A stretch of 64,000 bases of DNA, from contig CM119371.1 of NCBI GenBank assembly GCA_051294905.1, positions 34,598,001 through 34,662,000 of the forward strand, given 5' to 3'. Made by a program: the position numbers and the translations under genes. Positions 25,074 through 39,400 of the stretch are shown here, in pieces (position 1 is the stretch's first letter; the number at the start of each line of letters is the position of its first letter). A model generated the notes under the pieces. That model was not told the DNA's origin. It did not search any database and saw only the letters and a list, made by a program, of their open reading frames with translations. Origin of the DNA: Botryllus schlosseri (lineage: Eukaryota).

Positions 25074-27170
25074 ACCTAATGTGACTATCAAGAGAAAGAT
25101 CTGAAGCGCCCCTACACCATCTTTCATACTCTATATTAAAGGATTCTCTGAGTGTAAAATCTCCTGATCCGTATTAGCAAATTCATGTGCATTATACTGG
25201 CATCATATACCGTAACAAGTTATAACACGACTGAAATCTCTTGCGGTATCTCCTTCAAAAGATTTCGTCAAGGCGTTTCAGTCTGATACTCAAATTTGAG
25301 TCATGCGCTCGCGTAACCTGGAATTAGGGTTTTCTACGAAATACGAAATTCTGCTTTCATTCGACGAGAGGTCTGTTTCATAGTAAGTAGTAACGTATGA
25401 TAGCGACATCATCTGAACTCAAACTAACTTCGTGAATTTGAATTTCTGACGCTCTGATTTGAGTTTGACAATCTTCATCCTGAATATCAAACGAAACACA
25501 ATATATCATCATGTGCTCTTGTAAGCATCACGGGGATTCAAGGCAAATAAGCTCATGATTTCATTCCACTACACTACCATAAATGACGCACTGACCCGAC
25601 GTTACATTAGTTTGCACAGGTAATGTTTATAAATACAGTTCAAACATGAACAGCTAGCTAACAAAATGAATGTTTGCTTGTCTCAAAATGTATACGTAAT
25701 ACTAACTACAATTGCACGTATCGCATATGTTTATATACATTATACATACCATCTTTGGAGTACACAATATCGCTTGATGAATGTCTACACAAAGGTAACG
25801 TGTATACGGTTAGATTTACCGAACATGGTGGCTTCTTTTGCGTAACGAGATCCGTTGAGAAAGGGCATAAATTGAATAAAAATTTATCATATCTACTATG
25901 AAAAACATCAGCGATATTATACCTCAAATTGAGACCATAGAAACAGTATTTTGTTCGAACTACACACGGAGCTGCTAACACCAAACAGTGCTCCGAAAAA
26001 GCCAATTTCTACTCGCATTGCCACGATTCATCAGTGTCGCTTCAACCTATCCCAGCGTGGTTGTAGTCTCGACAATGCACGTTTTTTTCGTGTAAGTTGG
26101 TGTTTTAGTTCAATTACGGTAGCGTGAAGTAATTATATCTATAAGATTACAATGATATAGACAGAAATCATAATCCCGAGTGAGTTCATTTTGTTTGGAA
26201 ATCGTGTATTTTCAAGAAAATGATCAGTTTCTGAGTATCTGCCAACTGCATCTATATTTCGCCCCACGCATGAAACCTCCCTGGCCCTAACAGCAGTTGC
26301 AGTCGGATAATTTATAAAATATATCTGAATCAAATGGTTATCCTAGCTATACCCAGGAAGAACAGACTTTAATTAGGTACTTTACAATTTTATGAACTTT
26401 AGATATTTCATGAATCTCACGCATTTTCTGTGAATTGTGCTACTGTGCACCTTGGCATTTACTCTGTCATTTCTGGACTGTGCTACCTACAGTGACTCTT
26501 ATCGACTTTCATCTTGAACAACAAAGTTTTCTCGCGCTGATCTTGGACTTTGAACGAGATTGTATATTGAAATACTCTCCATTCTGCTTAGAAAAGTGCT
26601 CAGAAAAGTCCTGCAAGTGAGTAAACGGGTACAAGCAGACTTTGAACGCGGCGTACGCCGAGAGACACGAGAACCGATCTAGCAGACTGTAGTAACCTTT
26701 GAGATTCGGAACGCGTCTGGAACGCGTGTAGTAAGGTCAATGAACGACAATAAAACGAGAGAGTCACGCCATATGTATCAGAGTCCGCTCTTTTGAAAAT
26801 GACCTTTGCTCAGTCGCTCTTATACGACGAGAACTATGGCCGCATGGGCTTTTGTACGGCGATTTGTTTTCGGAATGTGAGATCGATTTCTACGAATTAT
26901 ATTGTACTGTTGAGATACACAAGCATCTATGTACAATTGTACATTGTACATTGTAAAATTGAAGTTCTGAACCGCCAAAAAGCTCTTTAGAAACATATAT
27001 GTGTATTGTGTATTGCTTACAAATAAACGAACATTGCTAAATACGTTATCTTCTTCGTGGTAATGGATATTTAATATTCGTTCAGTATTGAATATATCGC
27101 TAGAAAGCTAGGAACAATAGGAGTTCAGGGGTCATGAATCCGGCTAAAGGCGTCATTATTTTTGTGAAGC

Positions 27171-27408
27171 TACGCTCAGCGAAAAACGTGTGTATTCACA
27201 CCCCGACATTAACCGAGATATAAGGGTGCAATTGTAATATACACCCGTGGTACCAGAACCTACCTCAGACTTACGCCACGGTATCAATCAAACAAAACGT
27301 TTGAATTCAAATGATGCTTGCACATAACTGCGCTATATAATTCAGAGTTAGGTTCTGCGCCCACGTGCCGCCTTCTCGGTGTGAATACACACCCTTTCGC
27401 CAAGAGTA
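27171..27408. repeat. Small MITE-like inverted-repeat element
   Basis: Imperfect ~30-bp inverted termini with the GTGTGTATTCACACC/GGTGTGAATACACAC core; TA ends. Confidence 0.55.
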
Positions 27409-27429
27409 CAGTGCACATTTTACAGCTGT

Positions 27430-27735
27430 AAAACATTCAAGACAAAATATAAGCAGATTATACTGACTAAATACTAGTCCGTCCTCAAGATTACCGGACC
27501 ACGACCTGACCTATCGATCTCGCCGTCCGTGACATGCCACCCCATTTTTTCGCTTGCTTTTTTTCTATACTATCTTTTTTTACTTTTCATTCAGTGTGCA
27601 TGCCTCCTCTTTACATCGCCTAGGACCTAGGCCAAGGTGGGTGTCTGATTGCAAAGACTACTCCAAGTAGTTTCAACACACTCTTATATTTTCATTGTAT
27701 CGCAATTTTGTGGTGTATTGAACTAATAAAAATTG
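27430..27735 (+). mobile_element. LINE 3' end (same family as 3415-3982)
   Basis: TFKTKYKQIILTKY* followed by the shared 3' UTR (TTTTCATTCAGTGTGCATG..GTGTCTGATT..TTGTGGTGTATTG). Confidence 0.7.
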
Positions 27736-27744
27736 TTAATAAAC

Positions 27745-27983
27745 TTGGGTTACCATACGACCTCCATTACAGCTTTTTGAGCTAAGTTGATAGGTAGATT
27801 CGAGTGAAAATGGGCATAAATCACGCTTAACAGGAAATTCGGGGTTCGAGCGGAAATGAAGACCTTTTTTTAGTCAACCAACGGAGAATGTGAAAGAAAA
27901 ACTGTATAAGTTTCAAAATTTTGAAAAAGTGTCCCTCTTTCCCGCTTCCAAAATACGGAAACCCATGGCTATGGGTAACTCTA
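27745..27983. mobile_element. TAGGGTTACCATA-family MITE
   Basis: GGGTTACCATA..GGTAACTCTA ends; flanked by AATAAAC on both sides. Confidence 0.65.
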
Positions 27984-28132
27984 AATAAACCGATCCGAAC
28001 ACTTTCGATAATTTGAATCATGCTGTCACACGCGTACTCGTGCGTCGATTGAAAACGAGAGAGTTTGCAGGTTAGGTAAAAAACGAGAGAATTTGAGGTA
28101 TGTGTTTTTGATAGCATCTATGCTCGACAGCT

Positions 28133-28204
28133 TCCCAGTTGGTCTAGGGGTCAGGATTCCTGGCTTTCACCCAGGCGGCCCGGGTTCGATTCCCGGACTG
28201 GGAA
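28133..28204 (+). tRNA. tRNA-Glu, anticodon TTC
   Basis: Acceptor stem TCCCAGT/ACTGGGA; anticodon arm CCTGG-CTTTCAC-CCAGG; T-arm CCGGG-TTCGATT-CCCGG; 72 nt; no encoded CCA; TTTT Pol III terminator just downstream. Confidence 0.97.
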
Positions 28205-28718
28205 CATATTTTCGTTTGTTGCCTGTCTTCTCAGATCATGCCAGAGCATTGCCTCCGAATCCATGTTTCTTTAGTAGTGCTGTGCCTAATTATCATGCAT
28301 ATACGAAATTGTGATGTTATGGATTAGATAGGCTCTGTTCTAGCAACACCGTTATTCTCAAACGATGAAATTGGCAACCAACCGCACTAAAGAAAGTGGG
28401 ATAATATGTGAATAATAGGTATGGGTGAAGGTGCGGAAGTTTTTTCTTGATTCAGATTAATAAAGTGATGGGTGGGATCATTCTTAAATAGGAATATTGG
28501 GTAGCGCCCATGAAAAGATTGGGAATAACCGGACGAGACTATGTAGCTTTGCAATGCCTCGTACCCGGGCCTACGATATCATGGGCCCCGCTTGGACCTT
28601 TTAAGTCCGAAACTATATAGCAATACGAATGCGGTTACAGATATATGCGCTATTAACTTATATTATCGATTGTTCATGAGAACTTTGCACTGCATGCGCA
28701 CTTTTTCACTTTCTAGGA

Positions 28719-29079
28719 CAGTGGTTCCCAACCTTTTTCGACTCATCGCCCCCTTTTCTAGCTCAACGCCGATCATCGCCCCCCAGATTTTGTGAACCGA
28801 AAAATCGGTATACCATCTGTAGTCATCGGCGGGTTGACTAAAAAGAAAAAAAAAGTCAACTTAGGATCGTTGTCGAATTTTAAACTATTTCAACCAAATT
28901 TCCGTGGGTTGACCAAAAAAAAAAGAAAAAAAAGGTAATTCTCCGAATTGACTCCAATATAGCCGTTTTACCGCGTCATCGCCCCCCTATCGCCCCCTTC
29001 GCTATTTTCGCCCCCTGTCGCCCCCTTTGTCCATTTTCGCCCCCCTAGGCCGCCAAATCGCCCACGTTGGAAACCACTG
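28719..29079. mobile_element. hAT/Charlie-like MITE
   Basis: CAGTGGTTCCCAAC/GTTGGAAACCACTG; perfect TSD TTCTAGGA; TCGCCCCC subterminal repeats. Confidence 0.9.
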
Positions 29080-30471
29080 TTCTAGGATATTGATTACCAT
29101 TTATGTCGTAATGTCGATGTCAGAGACTATAATGCAGGAAAAATGTCATTGTTATTTTAAACTTGTGTAATCTGAATCGTCCGACTCCAGAACGTTACTT
29201 GTACAATTCCATGCGTATATCTTCCTTTCCAGCGGCAATGAACGGCTTGTTTACTGACGTGCCATAGATTCTGTCTTGTACATACGTGTTTAAGATCACA
29301 CAGACAACTTGTAATTTTATTGAGCCAAATCGTACCAACGATATACGAATCGTTTCCAAAATGTAATTCTCATTTATGCATTGTATCACACACGTATATA
29401 TTGTATATATCGTAGAGAAATACGAGGTCGTACACGATGCATCTTAAATAATTCCTTCATATCGTTGTTTCATACGACACACATTGTATGGTATATCACA
29501 CCACATATCCTATCGGTTTTTCACTTCCTGGATAACGTTTCAAGATAATATATGGGGTTTAATTTATGGGATAATTATAATTACCAAGATATATTCCATT
29601 ATAGAGACTTGTTAAATTGTCATCAATGTTGACTATAGAGTTGAAACGCAACAATGCCGCCGAATGTTATTATAATTACTATTTTTATTATTATTAATGG
29701 TCACAACACCGTGGCACTTGTCGCCTTTCCTGGCCTTTTGCACCGCGACGTTAATCAGCTTTACCTGTCGAGGAAATCATGCCCCGAGCATATTTCAACT
29801 GTATGGGAGCAATTATATGCGATTGAGTTGCAATGACTGCAGAAAATTAGCGATGTGCTCTTTCGGGGCGTTGGGGCAAGGTTCATAACACGATCGAATA
29901 TGTTGTAATGCAAATGATAAATCGCACCATCTTTGCATAGACTTCGATCCTGTTCAGAAAGACATGACCGCAGGTAAATAAACAATAATGTTACATCGGT
30001 CGAAGTTCGATTACGGTGTATAGACGGGGATGGGGCAGTGAATGTGTGACGGAAATTGCTGCATTTCGAGGCTATATTGAAGGCATTGCATTTTCATGGC
30101 GCTCTTGGGAGTGTTCTTTAAGACTGATTGTTTTAAAAGTTAAATGCTCAATTATACCATATACCATATCATAATCATTTCATGTCATATGTGGAAACCG
30201 TCATGTGATGATTATTATCTCAGCGTCGAGGTAGCAAAAACACACGCGATATGTTGGGTAATAGGTATGGATGAAACTGTCGAACTCATACCGATATAAT
30301 ACGTATGGCTGGAGTCGCACAAGCAATAATAATAATAATATCAATAATCGCCAGATTATGTTTTCAACTGAACAAGACACACAAAATGTACAATGCGATG
30401 TAATGAACACATAGGAGGATGCCGAACGACCAGATGCGGTTGCAGTAGCGTTCTCTTAAACTGACATCCAC

Positions 30472-33400
30472 CTCGGCCTAGGGCCCGGTTTCACAGTTCC
30501 TTTTTCGGTGTTAGTCTCTATTCCACGGCTCTTTCTTGGTCTTTCCATTCCTTGTGAGTGCGCTGTTTCATCGGGTCTTTTTCTGATTTCCAAACGATTT
30601 AGTATTAGAAATCATGCAGTCACATCATCACGCGAAAAACATCAAATTTTAGATATTTTAATATATAATACATTGCAACTTACTTTACAGACTGCTGAAC
30701 GCTCAACGAAATGGTAATCGGTTGAAAGTATATCCAGTTAACACAGTATTTTCTGTATAGCCTATTGCAAAAGCAATCAATCGAAAATGCAGATGCATGC
30801 GTGTCAGTGTGCCTGTAGAAGTGTTCATGATCGATGTATTATGATGATACAGACGTAAAATAAATTTGACCATTTCATCTCAACTTCTAGTTGCAAACAT
30901 TAGCGGATCATTAGACATGATATATGTCCGGTCCATCGGCTGGATTACATCCGAAAGATTTGGCTATACCTCGCGTCATATCCCGATGTTTCCAACACAT
31001 TTGGAATGGAATTTTGTGACATAGTCCAACGTTTATACTGTATAGTGTATATCCTTAATTTCTAGTTTACGTAATCTGGTTAAACACATAATTAAGCAAC
31101 ATTCGTTGGTGAGTCCGGTTTGCGGGTATATTGAGATTCTGGCGTTTTCTTCAGTTCCCAGATGGATCGTCGTTTCATCTAAAAAATAAAACTAGGTCGG
31201 TTATACAGACATTAACGGAAATCGTCACAATAGGAACTATGTGATAATACAGACAACGAATAAGCCACACTTCGAGAAACGTTCAAGTTAGACCTCATCA
31301 GATGCACAATGATAGCGGCTCCTACCAGAGCTGTTGTGATTTTAATAAACTCCCAACAAGCAGTTTATGGTTTAACTTTCGAGTTGCGACTTCCATTACA
31401 TGCTACGAAGTACATTGGATTGGTTCATTGTTAAAGACGTCGCCTGTAGCTATAGGAGGTTAAATTGCTGATATGTTATCTAGGAATGTGATGGTGCGAT
31501 GGAGAATGTTCAATGGTAACTGGTTTGGGAAAAATAAATTCCCCGAATTAAACATTCCAAGTTACCCTGGTGATTTCTTTGTGTCGCCCGTTGATTTCTC
31601 AATTGCGAGTTCTGAACTTCGCGCGGTAGGATTCTCTTTCATTTTATCCGCTTGGTACCTTAACACGAATTGGTTATAAGAAAATATGCTGTTGCGGTTC
31701 ATTTCCTAATTGATATATTCAGTTAAATCCTGATACAACCCGATAGAGCGAAATCGAAGCTCGTATCCTGTCATGTCTCGGACCGTACACGAAAATTTGC
31801 CGCTAATTAACACTTTTAGCTCAAATTTGAATCGTAAACAGGATTTGGACAAGGAATTCTGTCATTGAGGAATATAATTTCATCGTATAGACCAGTGGTT
31901 CTTAACCTTTCTTCCTCCAGCGCCCCCTTTCAAAAATTATCGTGCTCCAGCGCCCCCCAACCTCATATTGTAAGGAATGTAATAAATACAATGACTAAGA
32001 GGGAGGGCCGTAACAGCACTTCGTCAACCCCCCTAAAAACGATTGCCTTGCGCACCCATAGCGTGATAAACCAAACTTCTGAAGGCTTCGCCCCCAAGAA
32101 CGCCGCAGCGTGATTTCGATGGTAGGCAAAGTTTGTGTGGCCTGGTCGCCCTAAGGTACCAAAATTTTCTATAATGCATGAAGTAATAGGTGGTAATTAC
32201 ATATATAAGTCGCTATAAACTTTTCATCCTCTCAGCCCACGTAATCAGATTTACCAGTAGCGCTGAGTGAGCTGTTGTATGGGTAAATAAAGGGCACGTA
32301 ATTATTAATTAAACATATTCGGGCGTTCCCGTAGGTACAATTAATTCGTTACCAGGGCCGCAATTCGTCAGCCCCCCCCCACCCACCTAAAAAAAACGTT
32401 GGTCTTGGGTTCCCCCATCGGGTGATAAGCCAGGCTTCCGGGGGGCTTCGCCCCCAGACCCTCCTTCGGCTATCCGCTATTTGCTGATACTATTCATCTA
32501 CATTGGGTGTCCGTTTACTAAGCCAGCTATTGTCGCCTAGACGCCCGAAGCGCGAAAAATTTCAATAATTAATGATTGAATTGGTCAATATGATCGGGAA
32601 TTGCATGTATATTGATATCAATTTTTAGCCTCTCTCTGCTCACGTAAACAGATTTACCGGTAGAGCTGAATGATGTGTGATTGAAAAGGTAGGACCCCTC
32701 AATAATAATTATACATCTTCGTGCGTATACCCGTGGGCAGGAACGATACGGCACTTCGTCTGGCCCCCCGAAAAAACTTAGGTCTTGGGCTCCCATAGGG
32801 TGATAAACCGAACGCCCCCCATCACGTTGTTCGCTTTAGACACGAAATCAGCTGTACTGTTTAGCGAGCCAGTGCGAAGCGCGAAAACTTTCGATAATTC
32901 ATGATAAAATCGGTCAGTAAGATCGGGAATTGCATATATCTTGTAATCAATTTCTTGTCCTCTCTGCTCACGTTACCAGATTTACCGTTACAGCTGAGTG
33001 AGGTGCAATGTTCCCTCTAAGCTGCGCAGGTGCGCAGTGCTGACACGGTCTCTGCGCACAGAAATCTACGTTGCGCTCAACAAATCCGAAGTTATGACCT
33101 TTTTTTAGTCGTTACGCACTGTTGTCCAAGGGTCTGCGCAGTGAGTTGTTGAGTGTGCGCAGACTCGTCAAAACGTAGAGCGAACATTGTGAGGTGTTTT
33201 GGAAACTGTAGGGCCCGTAACTAATAACTAAACATATTCGGGCGGGCGAACCCGTTGGTATGACTTCGTTACATGATGTTATTTCGTGACCTCCTGTCTG
33301 CTATATCAAAAAATATAGAATTGCCCAACAGGGATGTCGCCCAACAGGAATATCTAGCTTTAGATATCCCTGTCGCCCAATCGTACTAAACTAAAAGACG

Positions 33401-36400
33401 CACACGATTATAAATTGTGATTTCTTCACTGGCATGTAATTTTTCCCTGCCAGATGAATTCGTCTTCTGGGGTTCAGATTGCCAAGACAGGAATATTCGG
33501 TGCCAGTCATTTAGGCGCCCATGGACAATTAAACGTATATGTCGAAGTTTTTGGTGTTAATTTGCTCTGAATACTCATTAGGGATATGTCCTACCACCAC
33601 ATCATCTACTGCGAAGCCATTTTTCTCCAGCGCACCCCTGAGCCCAGCGTCCCCCTGAGCCCCCTCAGCGTTTCCGCCCCCTTCAAAATCGCCAGCGCCC
33701 CTTGGGGGCGCTGGAGGCAAGGTTAAGAACCACTGGTATAGACCTACATCCTTAGTTCATCCACATTAACGTAGTCGGACTGTTTCCTCGATAGGATTCT
33801 GTTTGTTATCTTGGACACTGTGATTTCGCTTCCAGACTTTGTACTGCTTGAAGCGTCATCCTTGCTCTTGCTGTTTGAAGCTGCGGTGCCCGATATGGTT
33901 CTAGGAAGCATAACCAAATAAACACGAATGGGGAACGGAAGCTTTTGTCAGGGTGTGGCTGAAATATAGTGCGGTAACCAATTGCAAATGTTGGTGACCA
34001 ATCAATATTTTGTTATCAAGCTCAAATCGTCACTGCGCTTGGAGGAGCTCAGTATTCGAGAAACATATTACATCATATATTTTCAGTTCGTTTAAACATG
34101 TTCTGACTGATACGGCCCCGTATTTAATCTTACATGGTCATTGACTTAGGTGGTGAGGGGAAAGAGGAAAAAATAGGGAGTGTACTGGCCAGAAGATGCT
34201 TGAAATGCCGATCTGATAAGACCGTGTAAGAGATATTTAAATGTAGTAAAATAGGATATGGCATTTGGAGATGCCGAAAGACAAACGACATATACTTTCT
34301 CAGTTCGTCCACATTAACGCAAACGGAAGCCTTTCTCGCAGCTGTTCCGTTTTTTATATTGGACGCAACGATTTCGCTTCCAGAATTCGGGCAACTAGCA
34401 TCTTCATGCCCACGGTCGCTGCTTGACCCAGGTTTCACTGTAGCATCCGCTGTGTTTCTATAAAGCACAAAAATAGGTTACATGTCATGTCGGCTTCTAC
34501 TCGTATAGATATGGTTGGAAATCACCACAAGATTGTGATACAGGGTATTGAAATATCGCTCGGAACAGTTCTAGATGTATTTGGCGTCATGCGACGCTTT
34601 TGTACCATTAATTGCTAGCGGGGCGCGAAATATTCCGCTAAACAAAACTGAGCCAAATGATTAAAATACGGCATGGTTCACATCGGTAAGTCTTCTGTTC
34701 TGTATGATCATTGATCAATAAGCATTTTTAAATGCTACTGCAATGTTATTACCCTTGGGATGATTTAAGAGCTTCAATTTCCGTCCGTTGAACTTCCTGG
34801 CTGGATTTTCTCGTTTTATTCTTTGCGTCCTCAGCTTTTTTCCTTCAAACAGGTTTTGCATTTATCATCATTTTATACGATACTTCCCATCTCTGACTCA
34901 TGAACTGGATAAAGGGATTGATTTGACTGTAGGCATACTCTTACTTAGTTTGACATAAAACAATGACCGGATTTTCCGCTACCAGCAACATAAAAGAGAC
35001 GAAGTACGCGTTGCATGTTATAATTGCTAAGCTGATGATGATGGCGGGCATACATTCGTATCACAAGTGCTTACGTCGCTCCATCCACCTGTGTATCACC
35101 TATGGTCCCAGTATCGACGTGAATGCATGATAATGCAGATGTATATCATTATCCCATAACGGCTGCGCACAAACCGCCAAGGCCAGCTGCACAATGGCGA
35201 TGGTGTTCACTCATAAAATTAAATTGATGACCATGTATTTCGTGATGTGACCCTGATTACTAACTTTCATTATATACTACATACACCGGAATAGAAAGGG
35301 AAAGAATATTGGTGCTTTAAACTGGAACTTCGTCATTCATAGTGAATAGTGATTCATTAACAGTTTGAGGAAATTTGGTTGTGGTCACTAGAGTGTCGTG
35401 TGGATTTGGCGACTGCCTGAGTGTGTACCACATAGTATAGCTGGGTACATTTTTGTTGGTAATAGATTGATAGGCTGCATTTTCTCTACGTACTTTATCA
35501 TCAGCAAACGTTTGAATATGGTTTATTTCGACTGAATACGTGTCAACTCCATGGTACATCCTGGGAAATTATGTTCATTCTGGCCCTGTACCAGTTCATA
35601 AGCTGTACAAAAAAACGCTGGAATATTGGAGTACACATACCCCTGGATAATATCTCTTAACAGAATCGTGGTTTCCGTTATAACAGAAATTGCTAAATAG
35701 TTGGTGGCTATGATATTTCTTATACCATAATCACCCGTAGACTTAACCGTATGCGCCTACGTTACGAATACAGTATTCAGTATTTGGACCATGCTATTAT
35801 CTCATGCATTACCATCGTAAAATGCCTTGTACATACATCAGTGAAATAAGATCATTTGTATTGACTCGATCGACTACAGAGACGGATTCTGAGTTTTGGA
35901 AAAAGATCATTCGCGGTAACTCATTGAGTATTCTTACTTTCGTATTTCGTCGACTGGTACATAATTGGATTCCCCACGCCTCGATTTGGGCGCGTCATCC
36001 TTTCCGATTTCATCTGCCGACTTGGAAGGAACGGGGCCTTGGGCGGTATCTGCGTCATCCCTGCAATTCATTGATAAATATAGGCGGATCTCATTCAGTA
36101 TGAGTTGCAGGAAGTTTATCCATCGTAACACCGTCAGTAAGACAGTAACGAAATAATTCTACATTTTCCAATGACTCGATTAGATGTTGCCTACTTACAC
36201 TATTTACTCAAGTGTTTATGTTTTAGGTTAATTCCAATACTACTTGACAGTTTTTTAGGCACACATTTTTACCTTTCATCCTTTGTATTTTGAATAATAG
36301 AAAGTAGTTCGGCTTGTATTTGCTTTAAAACTGGGCGTCTGTATACTGATAACTGAACATCAATTCGAAAATTGCAACTCAGTAATATCATTGGTCATTT

Positions 36401-39400
36401 CGCGTGAGTCGCGAGGATGTACCTTGCTATTTCGAAAGCGGCGACCTACGATCGACTCCAAACAGTACGCCACACAAAAACCAGTTTTACTTTTCGAAGA
36501 TACTTACCTCAGAGTTTTTCATATCTTCATTTTCTACTTCTACTTGCAATAGAGTAGAAAGTAACGGCATTCATTCTAATTCTACTTGAGTAGCAACGCT
36601 AACTACATGACCGCTCCAGTGAATTTGAAGAGATCGATTTACGACCTAAATATATAAAATCGGTTATATTTTACCACAGGACTTGAGAAGATGCGAGCTT
36701 GAGTCTTCACTGAATTTAATATCCATCTCGCACGAATGATCTACTTCATTACTTCAATACAAGCGACATCCTGTTACTAGGACCAAGATTTGTTCGCTTG
36801 CTCACGAATGAACCTCACGGCTTGAATTGGCTATAGTAAGGATATTCAAATTCCAGAATTTGGGATATTTTAGTCTCGGATAGCCAGTTCAACCCGTTAT
36901 ACTGAAACTTGAATCATGCATTTGATGCTGACAAAATATAGTAGGCCTACAGAATGTACAGATTTTGATATTACAAGGTGAGACTTACATCAGAGTTCGG
37001 TAAGGAGCCACGTGACCTATGATTTCATAATGACGAGCTGTAGAATACTTTCCTGGGGGCTGAATTCGTCGTAATTGGGATAGTTCTTGGATAATATCTT
37101 AGTTTCATCATTCTCTCAGTGATTTTAATACTTGGTAACCAAACTAACCGTCCCAAATTCGTACTCTTTCATTGTTTTATCACAGCGCTGTGTTGCCCAC
37201 TAGTGGCTACAATGTAAAGAACGATCCTTATCATTCATAAGGTGTGGGTTGGGTTGGAAGCCGCTTTTCGAGTATACCTACATCCGTTTCGAAAAAGTAA
37301 ATATATCATCGGCGGAAGTTCCCGTTTCGACACTGTCTTTTTAACTTCCCACCACCGAAACCTTGAATCCTGGTTTTATCGTAATCCAAAACATCACAGA
37401 TTAGACTAGGGCTGCATTTAGAACAAAAATCAATTTAAAACAAAAATGTTTAAAACAAGGCCCTAATTTAAAACATTTTTTTATTGTTTTTTATGTTTTT
37501 TTAAAGCCATGACGTCACGATTATTCAATTGTGACGTAATAGTGGATTGACATTAACAATTGAAAATATAGGGTAAAAATAGCTCCGTTGACGAAACATA
37601 TATGAACTATTGCTGTTGAAAAGACTATTTTGACGGTTCCAACCATCCCATATCGATATACGCCGGCTATATTGGGTGATAATTGTCCAAAGACTCAAAC
37701 GTGTTTTTTGTAAAGTATTTACACAATTATGGCATAATTTTACAACTACAAAAAACACAATATTTTTTAAAAAGGCCTTTTTTTAAAACACTGTTCAACA
37801 CATCTTTTAACCAAAGTGTTTTAAAACACCGTTTGTTTCAAATATAGCCCTAGCCAAAATATTGGCGTTGCGCATGTTTTGCTGTATCATAAACTCATTT
37901 CTGTCGCGGTAATAATAGAATAGATATATAATGGCATAAGTGCTGTATTCACGTATTGACTAATATGCCAATGGTGATGCCAGTGATACATATATAACTT
38001 GAAACCTACCGTTGCATCATGCTGTTGTCGCGTGGAAGTCCACCTGATGCTTGGTCGCCTGGATTTGAAGTTTCTGTAGTTATTTTTAATTGTATCGTGT
38101 CCGTTTTCTTCTTTTCAAGTTTGTTTCTATAAAATTAAAGGAAGAGCACGTAAAAGAACTTATGTGAGCCAACGGGAACGCGCGGTATACGAGTTTACTA
38201 AATATCGAACAATCGCTGACTTTCAAGCAACATGTGTGGTATAACGAGTAAAGCCACCGGTATATCTACCTACATGGTCGATTGTGAAATGATCATAGAA
38301 TTTTGTTCCCTTTTTTCTGCATTCCGTCTAAAGAATACATCTCGGTAATTTAGAGAATCTGTCACTGGTTAATTGCAAAACGATCCTAGAAATCACAGTT
38401 TCAGACGAATTCGGACAATTCTAATTGGTGATTGGGTGTAATTGAACCAAATAAAACTTTTACTTGAACACTAGCATAACGCTGTTTCACACCGTCTTCA
38501 CGAGCCAAATATAATTTGAATTCTTACGGAAATGAGGGATATGTAGGCTATGTATAATTGTATACTTACAATCTAATTGACTCGGCTGTGGCATACAAGG
38601 AATCTCCTTGGGGCTCGTTTGCGACGCCGGTATTATCCTCTTTATGCCCGGTTTGCGTTTCCTCTTTTTTGTATGTTAGGGTTCCTTCATTTGGTTCGTT
38701 CGCTGTACGCTGCTGCTCAGTTGAGTCCCTTTTATCGTTAATATATTTTAAGGTAACTGGTAAATGGATTCATTCATATTATGTCTAGCAATTCCGTTAG
38801 GTAAAACCTGTAACCGCACTCCGAAATGGTTACTCTTTATCCCAAACACGTTCGAAGTCCCTTGTAATTTAATTCCGCATTTCTAGCCTGGTCCGGGAAG
38901 CTCTGATGCCACTTCTATACTTGAGAGTTTAACTTTACGATATCACTTCTCTCTAACTAGTATTGCACCAGCTAGTTATTTCTGATATGACCTACGCATA
39001 GAACATGGTAACAATCCGTTTTCTGGTTATAGCTATCCTATATTGTGCACTGCACCGGGAAATGAATGTATCTTCCTGCACAACAATGGAAAATAACCAA
39101 AACTGACAACAACTCGCGACATGTCGTTTAGACAAACCGCTGAATTGTCTTGTTTCGTTGAGCGAGGTGCAATCCAAACGACGTGTTGCGTGTTCTATTC
39201 CGAAAATATCGGCCTTGTTGAGGATACACGTCCATATTATGGATTCCTCAACCCGAACGTGGTCCGTAGATTCGCTACTGGGCAATCGATGGAACCACAT
39301 GCAGTAGCAGTACTCCTACCTGTACTGATCGAGTGTTTGAAAGCCGCTGCGAGGTCTATTGGCTACAATTGTTTCTCGAGCAAGCATAGACGTTTACAGA

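Larger units (their letters stand above)
12700..27030. other. Putative ancient endogenous viral element (large dsDNA virus), decayed
   Basis: Long runs of protein-like but stop- and frameshift-riddled intronless frames on both strands; contains a PolB pseudogene; almost no MITEs compared with the flanks. Boundaries are approximate. Confidence 0.65.
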
